Shown here: positions 18,143-27,958 of the stretch, in pieces | Numbering within the stretch: the stretch's first letter is position 1 | How the letters are laid out: each line of letters begins with the position of its first letter | Source of the DNA: Bacteroidales bacterium | GTDB taxonomy: Bacteria > Bacteroidota > Bacteroidia > Bacteroidales > WCHB1-69 | DNA: 63,430 bases | Assembly: GCA_024400815.1 (NCBI GenBank) | Contig: JAKSMD010000004.1 | Location: 1-63,430, forward strand | Direction: 5' to 3' | The notes under the pieces: generated by a model | The model's database searches: none | What the model was told of the DNA's origin: nothing | Seen by the model: only the letters and a program-made list of their open reading frames with translations | Position numbers and translations under genes: made by a program

Positions 18143-19405
18143 ATGAAAAAAACACTCCTTCTTCTTTGCTTTATCTTCGCGCTGTCCGTCGCCTTTGCAG
18201 ACGGACCATTCCGCGCGCACCGTTTCGACAGTTTCAAAAACCTGCCGGTTGATTCTACCCATATCGTCTTTTTGGGCAACAGCATCACAGATATGCACGA
18301 CTGGGCGGAGGCGTTCGGTGAAAACCACATTGTCAATCGGGGCGTGTCTGGGGCGCTGTCATCGGAAATTCTGGAGAATCTGGACCCGATTGTTTCCGGT
18401 CATCCGAAGGCGGTGTTCCTAATGATTGGCACCAACGACCTCGGTTCGGGCATCGCGCCGGCGCAGGTGGCCGACAACATACGGCAGATGGTGGAGCGCT
18501 TCCGTAAGGAGTCGCCCGCGACGAAACTCTACTTGCAGAGCATCCTGCCCAGCACTGTGGGCACGCGTACCCTTGAGAACGAGCGCGCTACCAACGACCT
18601 TATCCGCCAAATCGCCCAGGATTACGATGCTGTGTATGTGGATTTGTGGGATGCCCTTTTCGATATCTGTATGAACCACAGCAATACGCTCGACGGCCTG
18701 CACCTCAAGGCCTCGGGTTACAAAATCTGGTGTGACATCATTGCCCATTATGTGGGCGAGGAATGTGTCTATCCGGGCAATACCATCGACCTGCAGACAT
18801 ACGGCAATCTGTGGGGATCTAACGCGATGCGTGCCTCCTACATCAGTATGTTGCCGGTGCGTCACAAGGACATTCTCTTCTTTGGCGATGAGATGGTAAA
18901 GTGCGGTGAGTGGCGTGAGTTGCTGCGCGATTTAGATATCAAAAACCGCGGCACGGGCTGGGGCTATGACGGCACCTGGAACAGTATCGCCACGGTGAAC
19001 GGTATCGTGGAGGCGGCGTTCAGCGATCCCACTGGAAACAATCTGTCTCCACGGGCCATGCTGCTCTATACAGGCACGGGCAACGTGAACAGCGACGCGC
19101 CGATGGACAGCGTAAATGCCCAGTATGAGCGCCTGGTACGCAAAATGCAGACCTGCGCGCCTAATAGCAGATTGTACCTCGTAAGTCTGATGCCGACCGA
19201 GCGTCAAAACGACCGCATCGTGCAATTCAACAGCTTCCTTCAGCAATTATGCGAAACTTCTGATAAGTTGAGCTATATCGACATTTACACCCCATTTGTG
19301 AAAAAGGGCGTCGCCAACCCGCAGTTTTTCTCTGGTAATTATTTAATGGGAAAGGGTTATCAAAAGGTGGCGGATGTGATTAGGACTGCCTTTTTTGAAG
19401 AATAG
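18143..19405 (+). CDS. Secreted tandem SGNH/GDSL hydrolase (candidate sialate O-acetylesterase)
   Basis: Domain 1 has FLGNSIT, NRGVSG, IGTND and DGLH. Domain 2 is degenerate (FGDEM, no DxxH). Confidence 0.8.
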   Translation: MKKTLLLLCFIFALSVAFADGPFRAHRFDSFKNLPVDSTHIVFLGNSITDMHDWAEAFGENHIVNRGVSGALSSEILENLDPIVSGHPKAVFLMIGTNDLGSGIAPAQVADNIRQMVERFRKESPATKLYLQSILPSTVGTRTLENERATNDLIRQIAQDYDAVYVDLWDALFDICMNHSNTLDGLHLKASGYKIWCDIIAHYVGEECVYPGNTIDLQTYGNLWGSNAMRASYISMLPVRHKDILFFGDEMVKCGEWRELLRDLDIKNRGTGWGYDGTWNSIATVNGIVEAAFSDPTGNNLSPRAMLLYTGTGNVNSDAPMDSVNAQYERLVRKMQTCAPNSRLYLVSLMPTERQNDRIVQFNSFLQQLCETSDKLSYIDIYTPFVKKGVANPQFFSGNYLMGKGYQKVADVIRTAFFEE

Positions 19406-19483
19406 ATAAAAAACGTAAAGCTGAATTTGTTTTTATGTGACAAGATCTGTTTTTGATTTTCTGTCGAAGACAGTCGGAAATAT

Positions 19484-19520
19484 AAAAAGAGCACGTAACC
19501 GAAGTTGCGTGCTCTTTTGT
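19484..19520. terminator. Bidirectional terminator between the SGNH and M16 peptidase genes
   Basis: AAAAGAGCACGTAAC-CGAA-GTTGCGTGCTCTTTT. Confidence 0.8.
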
Positions 19521-19525
19521 TAGGC

Positions 19526-19549
19526 GGACGCGTTGAATCGCGTCCCTAT
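19526..19549. repeat. GTAG-type REP-like palindrome
   Basis: GGACGCG-TTGAAT-CGCGTCC-CTAT. Confidence 0.55.
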
Positions 19550-19571
19550 GGGGTGTCTGTCAGGCTTCCCC

Positions 19572-22382
19572 TTATTTTGCTTTGCCTACCATCACGATTT
19601 TGATGTGGTTCTTCTGTTTAATAAGATTGGCAACAGAAGCTTTAATATCTTTAGCGGTGATGCTATTGAGGACTTTTTCGTAATCCGTGCAGACATCCAA
19701 ATTGGCGGTAAGGTATTCAACCATTGCCTTGGAATAATAGCCGTTATCACGAAGGTTTTCTTTGTATTTTTTGATCATATACTCTTTAACCTTGGCCATA
19801 TTGGTTGCAGAAGGTCCCTCTTTAGCGAATTGGGCGATGATTTCATCAATACGTTTGTTGAGATATTCATATTTGTCAGGATCCGTCTGATAGAAAATTT
19901 CCATAACCACAGTCGGTGTCGGGATGTCATTGACAGATGTGGAAACGCTAACACCGTATGTCCCTCCTTCTTTCTCACGGATTTCTTCGGTCATGATGAT
20001 ATCGAGAACTTGTTCTGCAATGCTGTTGACCAATTGAGTTTTGAGGTCGTATTTGGCTTTGCCCTTATAGGTCATCAAAATGGTAGCTGCAGGCGTTTCC
20101 ATTTCGCGGGTGAAGATGTTCTCGCGGCTGCCATCAACAATGCCGCCGCCGAAATTAGTCCAACCTTCCACTGCGTTAGTTTGGGCAGGAAGCGAAGCAA
20201 TATATTGTTCTACCATTGGGATGAACGTAGCTTCGTCAATATTGCCGGTGAAGATGAAAGAGAAATCAGCCGCATTAGAAAAACGATTTCTGATGATATC
20301 GAATACATGGTTGTAATCCACTTGATCGATTTCGTTTTCTTTGAGGGCTTTGAGACGAGGCAGATTGCGGTAAAATTCCTTACGGATGGTGTCGCGCAAA
20401 GCGGTCATCGGGTTAGAGGCAGCATTGGCGAGGATAGCTTTCTGTTTGGTTTTCCAAGATGCGAAAGCATCATTGTCTAAGCGCTGAGCCGTAAAATTAA
20501 GATAAACCAACTGCATCATCGTTTCCAAATCTTTCGGTGTACTGTTACCAGAAAGTCTTTCTGAATAGGTGTTGATAGCAGCACTCACATTGGCTTTCTT
20601 TCCAGAAAGAGCTTTGTTGAGGTCTGTGGAGCTGAAATGGCCAAGACCACCGAGACCGATCAGGTCATCGGCAACCTTCAAACTTAAGGCGTCTGACTCG
20701 TCATAGATACTGGTGCCGCCCCAGCTGAATGCGTTCATCATAATTTGGTCGGCTTTGAAATCTGTGGTTTTGTAATACACCGTAGCGCCGTTGGAAAGCG
20801 TCAGCTTCGTATAACCGAATTTGCTGTCTTCTTTTTTAGTAACCTTACCTGCTTTTGGCATTTCGGAAACCAATGGTTCGTTGGAGACTTTGTCTTCATA
20901 AGGAGCGATGTCTTCTGCAGCAACTTTGGCGAAAGCGTCGACAAACTCTTTTTCAGTAGGGTATACAACACCTTCTTTGTCGGGAAGCATACAGGTGATA
21001 ACCAAGTTGCTATCGGAAATCAGCTCGCTGATGTATTGGTTTACAACCTCCACTGGAATGTTCGGAAGCAGTTGTTGTGCCAGCATATATTCGTTTTCAG
21101 CGCCTGCGATAGGTTCATTGTCAATGAAATGGCGAACATATTCCTTGCAATAGCGTTGGCTCTTCACTTTATCGCGTTCGTTATAAGCAGACTCGAGTTG
21201 AGTGAGAATTTCAGCGCGAGCACGCTCGTATTCGCTTTCGGTGAAACCGTTGCGTACGGCGCGGAGCATTTCGCGATATATGGTGGTGGCACCCTTCATC
21301 ACCTCATTTTCATTGGTAACGGTAATACCGCAGAATGCGCCCTTTGTCTTGGAGAAGAGGTATGTATCATCGTAAATGTTGCCTTGAATGAAAGGCGGTT
21401 CAGGCAATTGTGACAATTCATCCAAACGTTGTGACAACATAATAGAAGCCGCACTATTTATATATTGATAGATATAGTAAGACATATCGCCTTTCAAGCT
21501 GTCGGGATAGACATCGTGTTTGCAGAAAATATAGGAAATAGCATATGGTTGTTCTTTATCCTTAGCAATAGAGACAATCGGTTCTTTATTGTCTTCTACT
21601 TGAATATAATAACGTTCAGCTGGATTAACCGGTTTTGCGATGGTGCCGAAAATGTCTTTGATTTTGGCTTCCACTTGGTCGACGTCAATGTCGCCGACTA
21701 CGACAATGCCCTGCTGATCTGGACGATACCATTTTTCGTAGTAGTCGCGGATGGCCTGATACGGGAAGTTGTCAACGACTTCCATAGTACCGATAGGCAT
21801 ACGTTGGCCGTAACGGTTGTTGGGATAGATTTCGGGGAGGATTTTGTCATACATACGGCTGGAAGCGTTGTTGCGGCTGCGCCATTCTTCGTGGATGACG
21901 CCACGCTCGTGGTCGATGTCGTCAGCGGTGAGGAGCAGACCGTCAGCCCAGTCGTGGAGAATCCACAGACAAGAGTCGATAGCGGAAGGAACAGTGGCAA
22001 CAGGCACGTTGTCAATGTTATAGACGGTTTCGTCAATAGAGGTGTATGCGTTCAGGTCGGCACCGAACTTGACGCCGATTTTCTCGCAATATTTGATGAC
22101 ACCGTTGCCTGGGAAATTTTGCGTGCCGTTGAAGCACATGTGCTCTAAGAAGTGCGCCAAACCGCGTTGGTTATCTTCTTCGAGGATGGAACCGACTTTC
22201 TGTGCGATGTAGAAGTTGGCCTGTCCCTTGGGTTCTTCATTGTGACGGATGTAGTACGTCAGTCCATTGTCCAAATGTCCGATGCGAACATTCGGATCGA
22301 TGGGGATCGGGGGCATCTGCTGGGCAAATGCGGCAATACACGTAAGAATCGTGATGCCAATGGTTACTAAGATTTTTTTCAT
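19572..22382 (-). CDS. M16-family zinc peptidase (PqqL-like)
   Basis: Signal peptide; LDNGLTYY, GLAHFLEH (HxxEH), NAYTS, ERGVIHEE; second half LSNGATVY; 936 aa. Confidence 0.95.
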   Translation of the reverse strand: MKKILVTIGITILTCIAAFAQQMPPIPIDPNVRIGHLDNGLTYYIRHNEEPKGQANFYIAQKVGSILEEDNQRGLAHFLEHMCFNGTQNFPGNGVIKYCEKIGVKFGADLNAYTSIDETVYNIDNVPVATVPSAIDSCLWILHDWADGLLLTADDIDHERGVIHEEWRSRNNASSRMYDKILPEIYPNNRYGQRMPIGTMEVVDNFPYQAIRDYYEKWYRPDQQGIVVVGDIDVDQVEAKIKDIFGTIAKPVNPAERYYIQVEDNKEPIVSIAKDKEQPYAISYIFCKHDVYPDSLKGDMSYYIYQYINSAASIMLSQRLDELSQLPEPPFIQGNIYDDTYLFSKTKGAFCGITVTNENEVMKGATTIYREMLRAVRNGFTESEYERARAEILTQLESAYNERDKVKSQRYCKEYVRHFIDNEPIAGAENEYMLAQQLLPNIPVEVVNQYISELISDSNLVITCMLPDKEGVVYPTEKEFVDAFAKVAAEDIAPYEDKVSNEPLVSEMPKAGKVTKKEDSKFGYTKLTLSNGATVYYKTTDFKADQIMMNAFSWGGTSIYDESDALSLKVADDLIGLGGLGHFSSTDLNKALSGKKANVSAAINTYSERLSGNSTPKDLETMMQLVYLNFTAQRLDNDAFASWKTKQKAILANAASNPMTALRDTIRKEFYRNLPRLKALKENEIDQVDYNHVFDIIRNRFSNAADFSFIFTGNIDEATFIPMVEQYIASLPAQTNAVEGWTNFGGGIVDGSRENIFTREMETPAATILMTYKGKAKYDLKTQLVNSIAEQVLDIIMTEEIREKEGGTYGVSVSTSVNDIPTPTVVMEIFYQTDPDKYEYLNKRIDEIIAQFAKEGPSATNMAKVKEYMIKKYKENLRDNGYYSKAMVEYLTANLDVCTDYEKVLNSITAKDIKASVANLIKQKNHIKIVMVGKAK

Positions 22383-22496
22383 TTTTGTTAAGTTGTTAAA
22401 TTATTAAAATGTTAAATTATTTCATTGATAAATAGATAGTTGTATTAATGTTCTTTAGTGTGAAAAAATTCATTGTACAACTGTTCGAATCTCCCA

Positions 22497-23681
22497 TTAT
22501 TTGGAGAACATCACACGTTCACTGTTGAACATCTTGGTTAGAATCCAAATGCATAAAACGGAATACAAGAAGTTGGAAACTACAGTTAGGATGATAGGAA
22601 TGATGTTTATTTCATGTCCCAAAATCTGCGTCATGGATTGTACGCTGTTGTAAACAGGGATAAGGAATAAGGCGATTGAAGAATCTGAAGTTTCGAGCAT
22701 CATTGGGGTTAGACCGATAAACAGAATCACCAGCATAAATGGGAGCATCAGTGATGAAGCGGCCTTAATGCTGTTGGCTTTTGCGGAAATGATGGAGGCA
22801 GCTGAGGTAAGGATTATCACGGTGCAGAGGATAATGACCAACAAGGCTACATAGTCGTTTGTAGTGTAGATGGCCGCATCAACACCCATTTCGTCGGCAT
22901 GGATCAGTTTAGGTAAAGAGAGCATCATCCCTAAAAAGGCCGAAAGACCGCTTAACACTGTGAAAAATGTAACGCTTAGGACTTTTCCCAGTGCCAGTTC
23001 GCTACGTTTGAGAGGGGTGACCAACAATGTGGCCAAAGTGCCCCTTTCCTTTTCTCCAGCGATGGAGGTCGGCACGATGGACATACATCCGGAGAATATC
23101 ATCATCAGCAACAGAAAAGGAATGAGTTCGCTGAACAAACCGCGGACGACATCTTCCGTGCTTGCGAGATCATAAACCTGCCCTTCTTTTTCTATTTTAT
23201 TAATATCAAATAAGTTATAATTACTATCTTCCCATTGACCTAATACTTCAGATAATACGTTGTAGGCTTCCTTTGATTTGTCGGAGGTTGAGTTATAGTA
23301 GATTTGGACATTTGGAGCCAATTCGGTGCGTTCGGAAGGTGAAATGGATACTAAAGAATCGAAATCATCAGGAAAAACCATATATATGTAATCCTGTTCT
23401 TTTTTCGACAAGTCTGATTTCAGGTTTTCGCCATTCAGGTTTTCCGTGATCATTTCAAAAGGCAATGTGGACAAAAGCGGTTTCAGGGAATCCGAAAGGT
23501 TTTCTACATACACTTTTGTGGGTGCCGCATTTTCTTTCTGCTTCATAAAGAAGTCACCCATCATGGAATAGATGAGGTAGATGAGCAGACCAGGCATAAT
23601 AATGGTGGTGATCACCATAGTCCGATCTCCGAAAAATCGGCTGCATTCTTTCTTTATAATGTTCCAAGTATTGTTTTTCAT
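22497..23681 (-). CDS. ABC-2 exporter permease, NatB-like
   Basis: IIKKE..DR, SIAGEKERGTLATLLVTP..ELALGK; six TM segments. Confidence 0.88.
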   Translation of the reverse strand: MKNNTWNIIKKECSRFFGDRTMVITTIIMPGLLIYLIYSMMGDFFMKQKENAAPTKVYVENLSDSLKPLLSTLPFEMITENLNGENLKSDLSKKEQDYIYMVFPDDFDSLVSISPSERTELAPNVQIYYNSTSDKSKEAYNVLSEVLGQWEDSNYNLFDINKIEKEGQVYDLASTEDVVRGLFSELIPFLLLMMIFSGCMSIVPTSIAGEKERGTLATLLVTPLKRSELALGKVLSVTFFTVLSGLSAFLGMMLSLPKLIHADEMGVDAAIYTTNDYVALLVIILCTVIILTSAASIISAKANSIKAASSLMLPFMLVILFIGLTPMMLETSDSSIALFLIPVYNSVQSMTQILGHEINIIPIILTVVSNFLYSVLCIWILTKMFNSERVMFSK

Positions 23682-24463
23682 TATTCTTGTCCTCCTATTT
23701 TTTCTTTGTAAATTTCAAAAAATCTGTCTTCCAATGATTTGCCGTCGCAAATTTCTGCCAATGTCCCGCAATTGGTCATTTGGCCATTGATGATGATGCC
23801 AACGCGGTCGCATAATTTTTCCACCAGACTGAAAATATGGGTGGAGAGGATGATGGTTTTGCCGGCATCGCGAAGTTCCTGGAGATAGTCGGTGACGGTA
23901 CGGGCGGTCAATACGTCCAGCCCGTTGGTAGGTTCATCGAAGATGATAATGTCGGGATCATGGACTAAGGAGACTACGAGTGAGCTTTTCTGCTTCATAC
24001 CCGTAGAAAGGTTGGCGATTTTGACTTCTGCAAATTTCTGTATTCCGAAACGCTCAAATAAAGCTTTCTTACGAGCCATTGCCACTTCTTTGTCAATGCC
24101 GTACAGATTTGAGAAAAAGTCGTAGATGTAATTCGGGGTGAAAAAGTCCTCCAATTTAAGTTCGGAGGTAAGGAAACCTATTTTGGCGCGCACTTTCTCA
24201 GGGGTATTTACCACGGAAAGTCCGTCAATGAAGGCGTCGCCGCTATCTGGCGCGATGAGGGTGGCCAGCATTCGCAGGGTAGTGGTCTTGCCGGCACCGT
24301 TAGGACCGAGTAGGCCGAAAATTTCGCCTCTGTTGGCAGTGAAGGAGAGATTGTTGACAGCCACAATTTCCTTTTTCAAGGTGTTTTCTGATTTTTGTTG
24401 TTTTCGGGATAGGCGGAATGTCTTGGTTACACCTTCCACGCATATGAGTTGTTCTTGTTCCAT
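23681..24463 (-). CDS. ABC exporter ATP-binding protein, NatA-like
   Basis: GPNGAGKTT, LSTGMKQK, IIIFDEPTNGLD, LSTH; stop/start overlap with the permease. Confidence 0.93.
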   Translation of the reverse strand: MEQEQLICVEGVTKTFRLSRKQQKSENTLKKEIVAVNNLSFTANRGEIFGLLGPNGAGKTTTLRMLATLIAPDSGDAFIDGLSVVNTPEKVRAKIGFLTSELKLEDFFTPNYIYDFFSNLYGIDKEVAMARKKALFERFGIQKFAEVKIANLSTGMKQKSSLVVSLVHDPDIIIFDEPTNGLDVLTARTVTDYLQELRDAGKTIILSTHIFSLVEKLCDRVGIIINGQMTNCGTLAEICDGKSLEDRFFEIYKEKIGGQE

Positions 24464-24544
24464 ATATAACAGTTTTACTTAAATTTCGATTGTAGTTAGA
24501 GCCATGTAATAAATATTAAAAGCTGATATTACGGCATTATATTA

Positions 24545-25126
24545 TTATTCTTCTTCAATTTGTTTGATGATATCTTCCGCATTGTGGATCACAGATTTGT
24601 GCATGCGTATTCCAATGTAACCGCCGATGGCCAGGGAAAGGAGCAGCGAAACGATGATGAGGATGGACAGTTTCCAGTCTTTTAAGATGATGCAGTATTC
24701 TGTGGCAAGCCATACAAACCAGAATATTACCATAATGATGCCGTATTTGAGCGAGTTGACGTAATCGTCTTTGAGTTTTTTCATGACTTTGGCTACGGTG
24801 ACAAGGTCTCCGTTCATCGTTTTACTATTGACATTTTTGTGGTGCTTCCATGTGAAGAAATCGCATACGAGCATCATCAGGATGGTGGCGGCTGTAAAGC
24901 ACCAGCTGAATCCTTCGGCGGGGAAGAAAAACAGCGCCCAGATGATGACGAAAGCGGAGGCACCGACGCTTACCCAGGCGTTGGCGTTGATTGTTCTGGC
25001 CTTGCTTTTCATTGCGTCACGCAACAAGCGCTCGTTGATGATAGATTCTTTCTCTAATTTCTTGTTGAGAAGCGAGATTTGAGCACGCATCTCGTCTAAT
25101 TCTATAAAAACTTGATTGTTTTCCAT
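24545..25126 (-). CDS. 4-TM membrane protein, probable anti-sigma factor
   Basis: Directly downstream of the ECF sigma gene; soluble helical N-terminus followed by four TM helices. Confidence 0.65.
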   Translation of the reverse strand: MENNQVFIELDEMRAQISLLNKKLEKESIINERLLRDAMKSKARTINANAWVSVGASAFVIIWALFFFPAEGFSWCFTAATILMMLVCDFFTWKHHKNVNSKTMNGDLVTVAKVMKKLKDDYVNSLKYGIIMVIFWFVWLATEYCIILKDWKLSILIIVSLLLSLAIGGYIGIRMHKSVIHNAEDIIKQIEEE

Positions 25127-25141
25127 TGTTGTTGGCTGCGT

Positions 25142-25624
25142 TTATTTTTCTGACATGTTCATTAATTGTTGTTTGATTCGGACGAGTTTGACGGAAACGT
25201 TTTTCGGGGTGATGCCCATAATGGCGCCGATTTCGTCGTAGCTGAGGTTTTCGAGCCAGAGCAGAACGATGGCGCGGTCCATCACGCCGAGTTTGTTGAT
25301 GCGGGTGTGCAGCTGCTGGATCTGCTTGCTGTCATCGTCCTTGTCCTCGTAGAGGTTGGCGGCCATCTCCAAGGGTACGCGCTCGCCGCGGCGCTTCTTC
25401 TTGCGGTCGTCGGAGATGCAGGTGTTCAGTGCCACACGCCAAATCCAGGTGTCCACCTTCGACTCTCCTCTGAAACCGTCGAAGCCTCTCCAGAGGTTGA
25501 CGAGGACATCCTGGAAAAGGTCGTTGACCTCTTCCGCATCTTTCGAGAACATATAGCACACCGTGTATATCGTGCTCTTATGCTCTTTGACGATCTGTTC
25601 GAAATCTGTTTCTCTACTTGTCAT
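25142..25624 (-). CDS. ECF sigma-70 factor
   Basis: DLFQDVLVNLW..FRGESKVDTWIWRVALNT (region 2); LSYDEIGAIMGITPKNVSVKLVRIK (region 4). Confidence 0.95.
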   Translation of the reverse strand: MTSRETDFEQIVKEHKSTIYTVCYMFSKDAEEVNDLFQDVLVNLWRGFDGFRGESKVDTWIWRVALNTCISDDRKKKRRGERVPLEMAANLYEDKDDDSKQIQQLHTRINKLGVMDRAIVLLWLENLSYDEIGAIMGITPKNVSVKLVRIKQQLMNMSEK

Positions 25625-25654
25625 TCTGTCTGTTTTTTGTGAATCAACATGCCG

Positions 25655-25683
25655 TTAGACGCGGCAAGCGTGCTTTTACTACA
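25655..25683 (-). promoter_or_regulatory. Putative autoregulatory ECF promoter
   Basis: On the - strand, TGTAGT-N16-CGTCTAA about 30 nt upstream of the sigma ATG; ECF-type -35/-10 spacing. Confidence 0.55.
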
Positions 25684-25706
25684 ATAGAATTTTTTAGGGT
25701 GTGAGA

Positions 25707-25734
25707 TTTAATGTTTAAAGTTTAATGTTTAATG
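25707..25734. repeat. Heptamer array (TTTAAWG)x4
   Basis: TTTAATG TTTAAAG TTTAATG TTTAATG. Confidence 0.75.
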
Positions 25735-25742
25735 AATTGGGG

Positions 25743-26429
25743 TTATTGAATATAGTCAAGGATTTCCTTTTTGTAAGACGAGAAGGTGAGTATGTCTATA
25801 CATTGATAGAAGTTTTGTGGGTCGCTGCATTTTTCGTAGGCTTTTTTTAGGAACTCGACTTTGCCTTTGTCGAAGGAGAAAGTTTCGCCCATAGCCTTGA
25901 TTTGTTGGCAGGTGAACAATGTTGGTCCTTTGAAAAACAACTTGACATAGTCCATCCGGCTGTCATCAAAAGATTCTTTTTTCAGTCGGGCCAGCATTTC
26001 TCTGAAGTCTTCGGGAGAGCAGATTTCTAAAAACTCTTGAACAGGAACGGTGGCGGTGAGGCACGTCATTTCTAATAAATGTCTTTGCATATTATACTCA
26101 ACAGCGATTTCTTCCATCGGCTTTTGGGGCAAAATCGGCATCATACAGATTTTGTCAGCAGGACGTTTGAGCACGACGTAGATGTCGTGCATTTCAAGTG
26201 TCACATTTGGGATGACCACGCGACTTTGCGGCGTGCGGTTGACAATGTCTCCGTCGATGTATGCGATGAAGGTCTCCCCATGCCTTGAACTGAGTACAAT
26301 GGAAGATGAAACAGGGTGATTGGCATTAGGTTGCGCGGGTGTTGGATGCCCCCAGGAATTGTGTCCTGGTTGCGCAAAACCGACCATTATCAATAGGCAG
26401 AAGAGCAGTGTTAAGCGTGTCTTTTTCAT
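25743..26429 (-). CDS. Secreted DUF4476-domain protein
   Basis: Signal peptide; C-terminal LKKESFDDSR..FTCQQI..FSFDKGKVEFLK..DPQNF..TFSS. Confidence 0.8.
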   Translation of the reverse strand: MKKTRLTLLFCLLIMVGFAQPGHNSWGHPTPAQPNANHPVSSSIVLSSRHGETFIAYIDGDIVNRTPQSRVVIPNVTLEMHDIYVVLKRPADKICMMPILPQKPMEEIAVEYNMQRHLLEMTCLTATVPVQEFLEICSPEDFREMLARLKKESFDDSRMDYVKLFFKGPTLFTCQQIKAMGETFSFDKGKVEFLKKAYEKCSDPQNFYQCIDILTFSSYKKEILDYIQ

Positions 26430-26555
26430 AATAAAATGTTTATATACTAATTACATACCCCAAAATTGGGGGTGCAAAAATACATTTTATTTGAAAATTT
26501 CTTTCAGCCATCCCAAGTAGAACTGCAATGCAGTGGAGGTTGCGACGTGGGGGGG

Positions 26556-26645
26556 ATGGCGAGCTGGCCCGCAGGCGTCTATCTTCTCAACATCACCAAC
26601 GCACAAGGACAAAAGGTTCAGAAGAAAGTCGTGAAAGTGTTGTAG
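26556..26645 (+). pseudogene. Orphan T9SS CTD fragment
   Basis: Reads MASWPAGVYLLNITNAQGQKVQKKVVKVL*, the typical last two strands of a type-A CTD, with no upstream coding body. Confidence 0.6.
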
Positions 26646-26714
26646 GATAAATAGTTCATACACTTTTTTCAAATATCATCATTTTTTGATGATAAACAAA
26701 AAGCATAAAAAGGG

Positions 26715-27632
26715 TTACTCTACTTTTATCACCAGTAAGTCATGTTGATTGCCTTTGGCTTTTAATTTCTGCTGAAGATTTTTCGTAAACTTTTCGATGT
26801 CTTCAGCTGCTCTGTTGTTGTCGTCGCTTGTTACCACGTAGAGTTTGCAAATTCTGTCATTGTCGCAATTGGCCACAATGTAATCCGCTGCAGCAGCACA
26901 TTGTTCATTCGCCGTTTCATTCCAAAATTCATTGTGATTGACTTGTAAAAGAGCTCTTCTCCAATTATTTCCATAGTAATAATACAACACGAAGGGCTCT
27001 TCTTCTTCCTTGTTTGGGGACGAAAAAGCTTTCGTTTCTTTTTCCCACAATTCTTCGTAAACGTTGGCTGGTAAAGTCGCAACTTTTGACCATTCATAAT
27101 CACGGCCGAAAGGATCTTGCCCGACAGCGGCCTTTTCTCCAAAATTCCTTGTGTGACGTAATTCTATAAAATGTTTATAACGGCAGAATCTGAGATCCAT
27201 ATAGCCATTCCAAAAGAGTTCAGTAGAAAACAAGGCAACGATAAAGACAAAACAAGTTAGTTTGAATATGCTTTTCAGGTCAACCAAAAAAGGATGAAGC
27301 ACCAAAAAAAGCAGGAGGGAAATCATTGAGGTTGCTTTCATCCATTTCAATGGGTGCGGAGTTGATAATAGACATAGGGTGCAACTGAATAGGAATAAAG
27401 AAATTACAACACCTAAAAAGAAACTGCGCCAGAAATCTTTTTTGGATAAAGTTCCGCGATAAGCCTCTTTTAGTGAGATGTTATGCAGTAGGGCAGGCGT
27501 GCAGACCATATAGAAAATAATCAAAAGCGGCATTGTAATCACAGTAAAGAGATTGCCGAATGGAAGATGTAACAGATCCCATATAAGATTTATGGCAAAA
27601 AGGACTATGGCTGCAAGATTCATTTTTTTCAT
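26715..27632 (-). CDS. Hypothetical membrane protein (N-terminal TM bundle plus soluble domain)
   Basis: 305-aa ORF with about five TM helices; third gene of the sigma operon. Confidence 0.7.
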   Translation of the reverse strand: MKKMNLAAIVLFAINLIWDLLHLPFGNLFTVITMPLLIIFYMVCTPALLHNISLKEAYRGTLSKKDFWRSFFLGVVISLFLFSCTLCLLSTPHPLKWMKATSMISLLLFLVLHPFLVDLKSIFKLTCFVFIVALFSTELFWNGYMDLRFCRYKHFIELRHTRNFGEKAAVGQDPFGRDYEWSKVATLPANVYEELWEKETKAFSSPNKEEEEPFVLYYYYGNNWRRALLQVNHNEFWNETANEQCAAAADYIVANCDNDRICKLYVVTSDDNNRAAEDIEKFTKNLQQKLKAKGNQHDLLVIKVE

Positions 27633-27655
27633 AATGCAAAAAATTTAAGGGTTTA

Positions 27656-27958
27656 TTAATTGAAATACCATTCTGCCGGCAAACGGTATGTTTTTTTATC
27701 TATCGGTTGTTTGGGATACTCTTTGTAGGCTAAATCTGTTTTGGAGGATTCGTTAGATTGATTACTGAAAAACAGATAGGAAGCAAATAGGCAGGCAATT
27801 ACCGCGGCAGTGGAAACGGCGACGGCAAAAATACGTTTAAGAGAATAGGATTGAGTGCTTTGGTTGACTTTTTCCATAAAACGGTCGATGTCGCCTATGG
27901 GCGGTTGCTCCGTATCAAAATCTTCACGGTGAGTATGTATGTATGCTGTCAGTTTCAT
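27656..27958 (-). CDS. Single-TM putative anti-sigma factor
   Basis: Overlaps the sigma stop; YIHTHREDFDTEQPP..RFMEK N-terminus followed by one TM helix. Confidence 0.65.
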   Translation of the reverse strand: MKLTAYIHTHREDFDTEQPPIGDIDRFMEKVNQSTQSYSLKRIFAVAVSTAAVIACLFASYLFFSNQSNESSKTDLAYKEYPKQPIDKKTYRLPAEWYFN

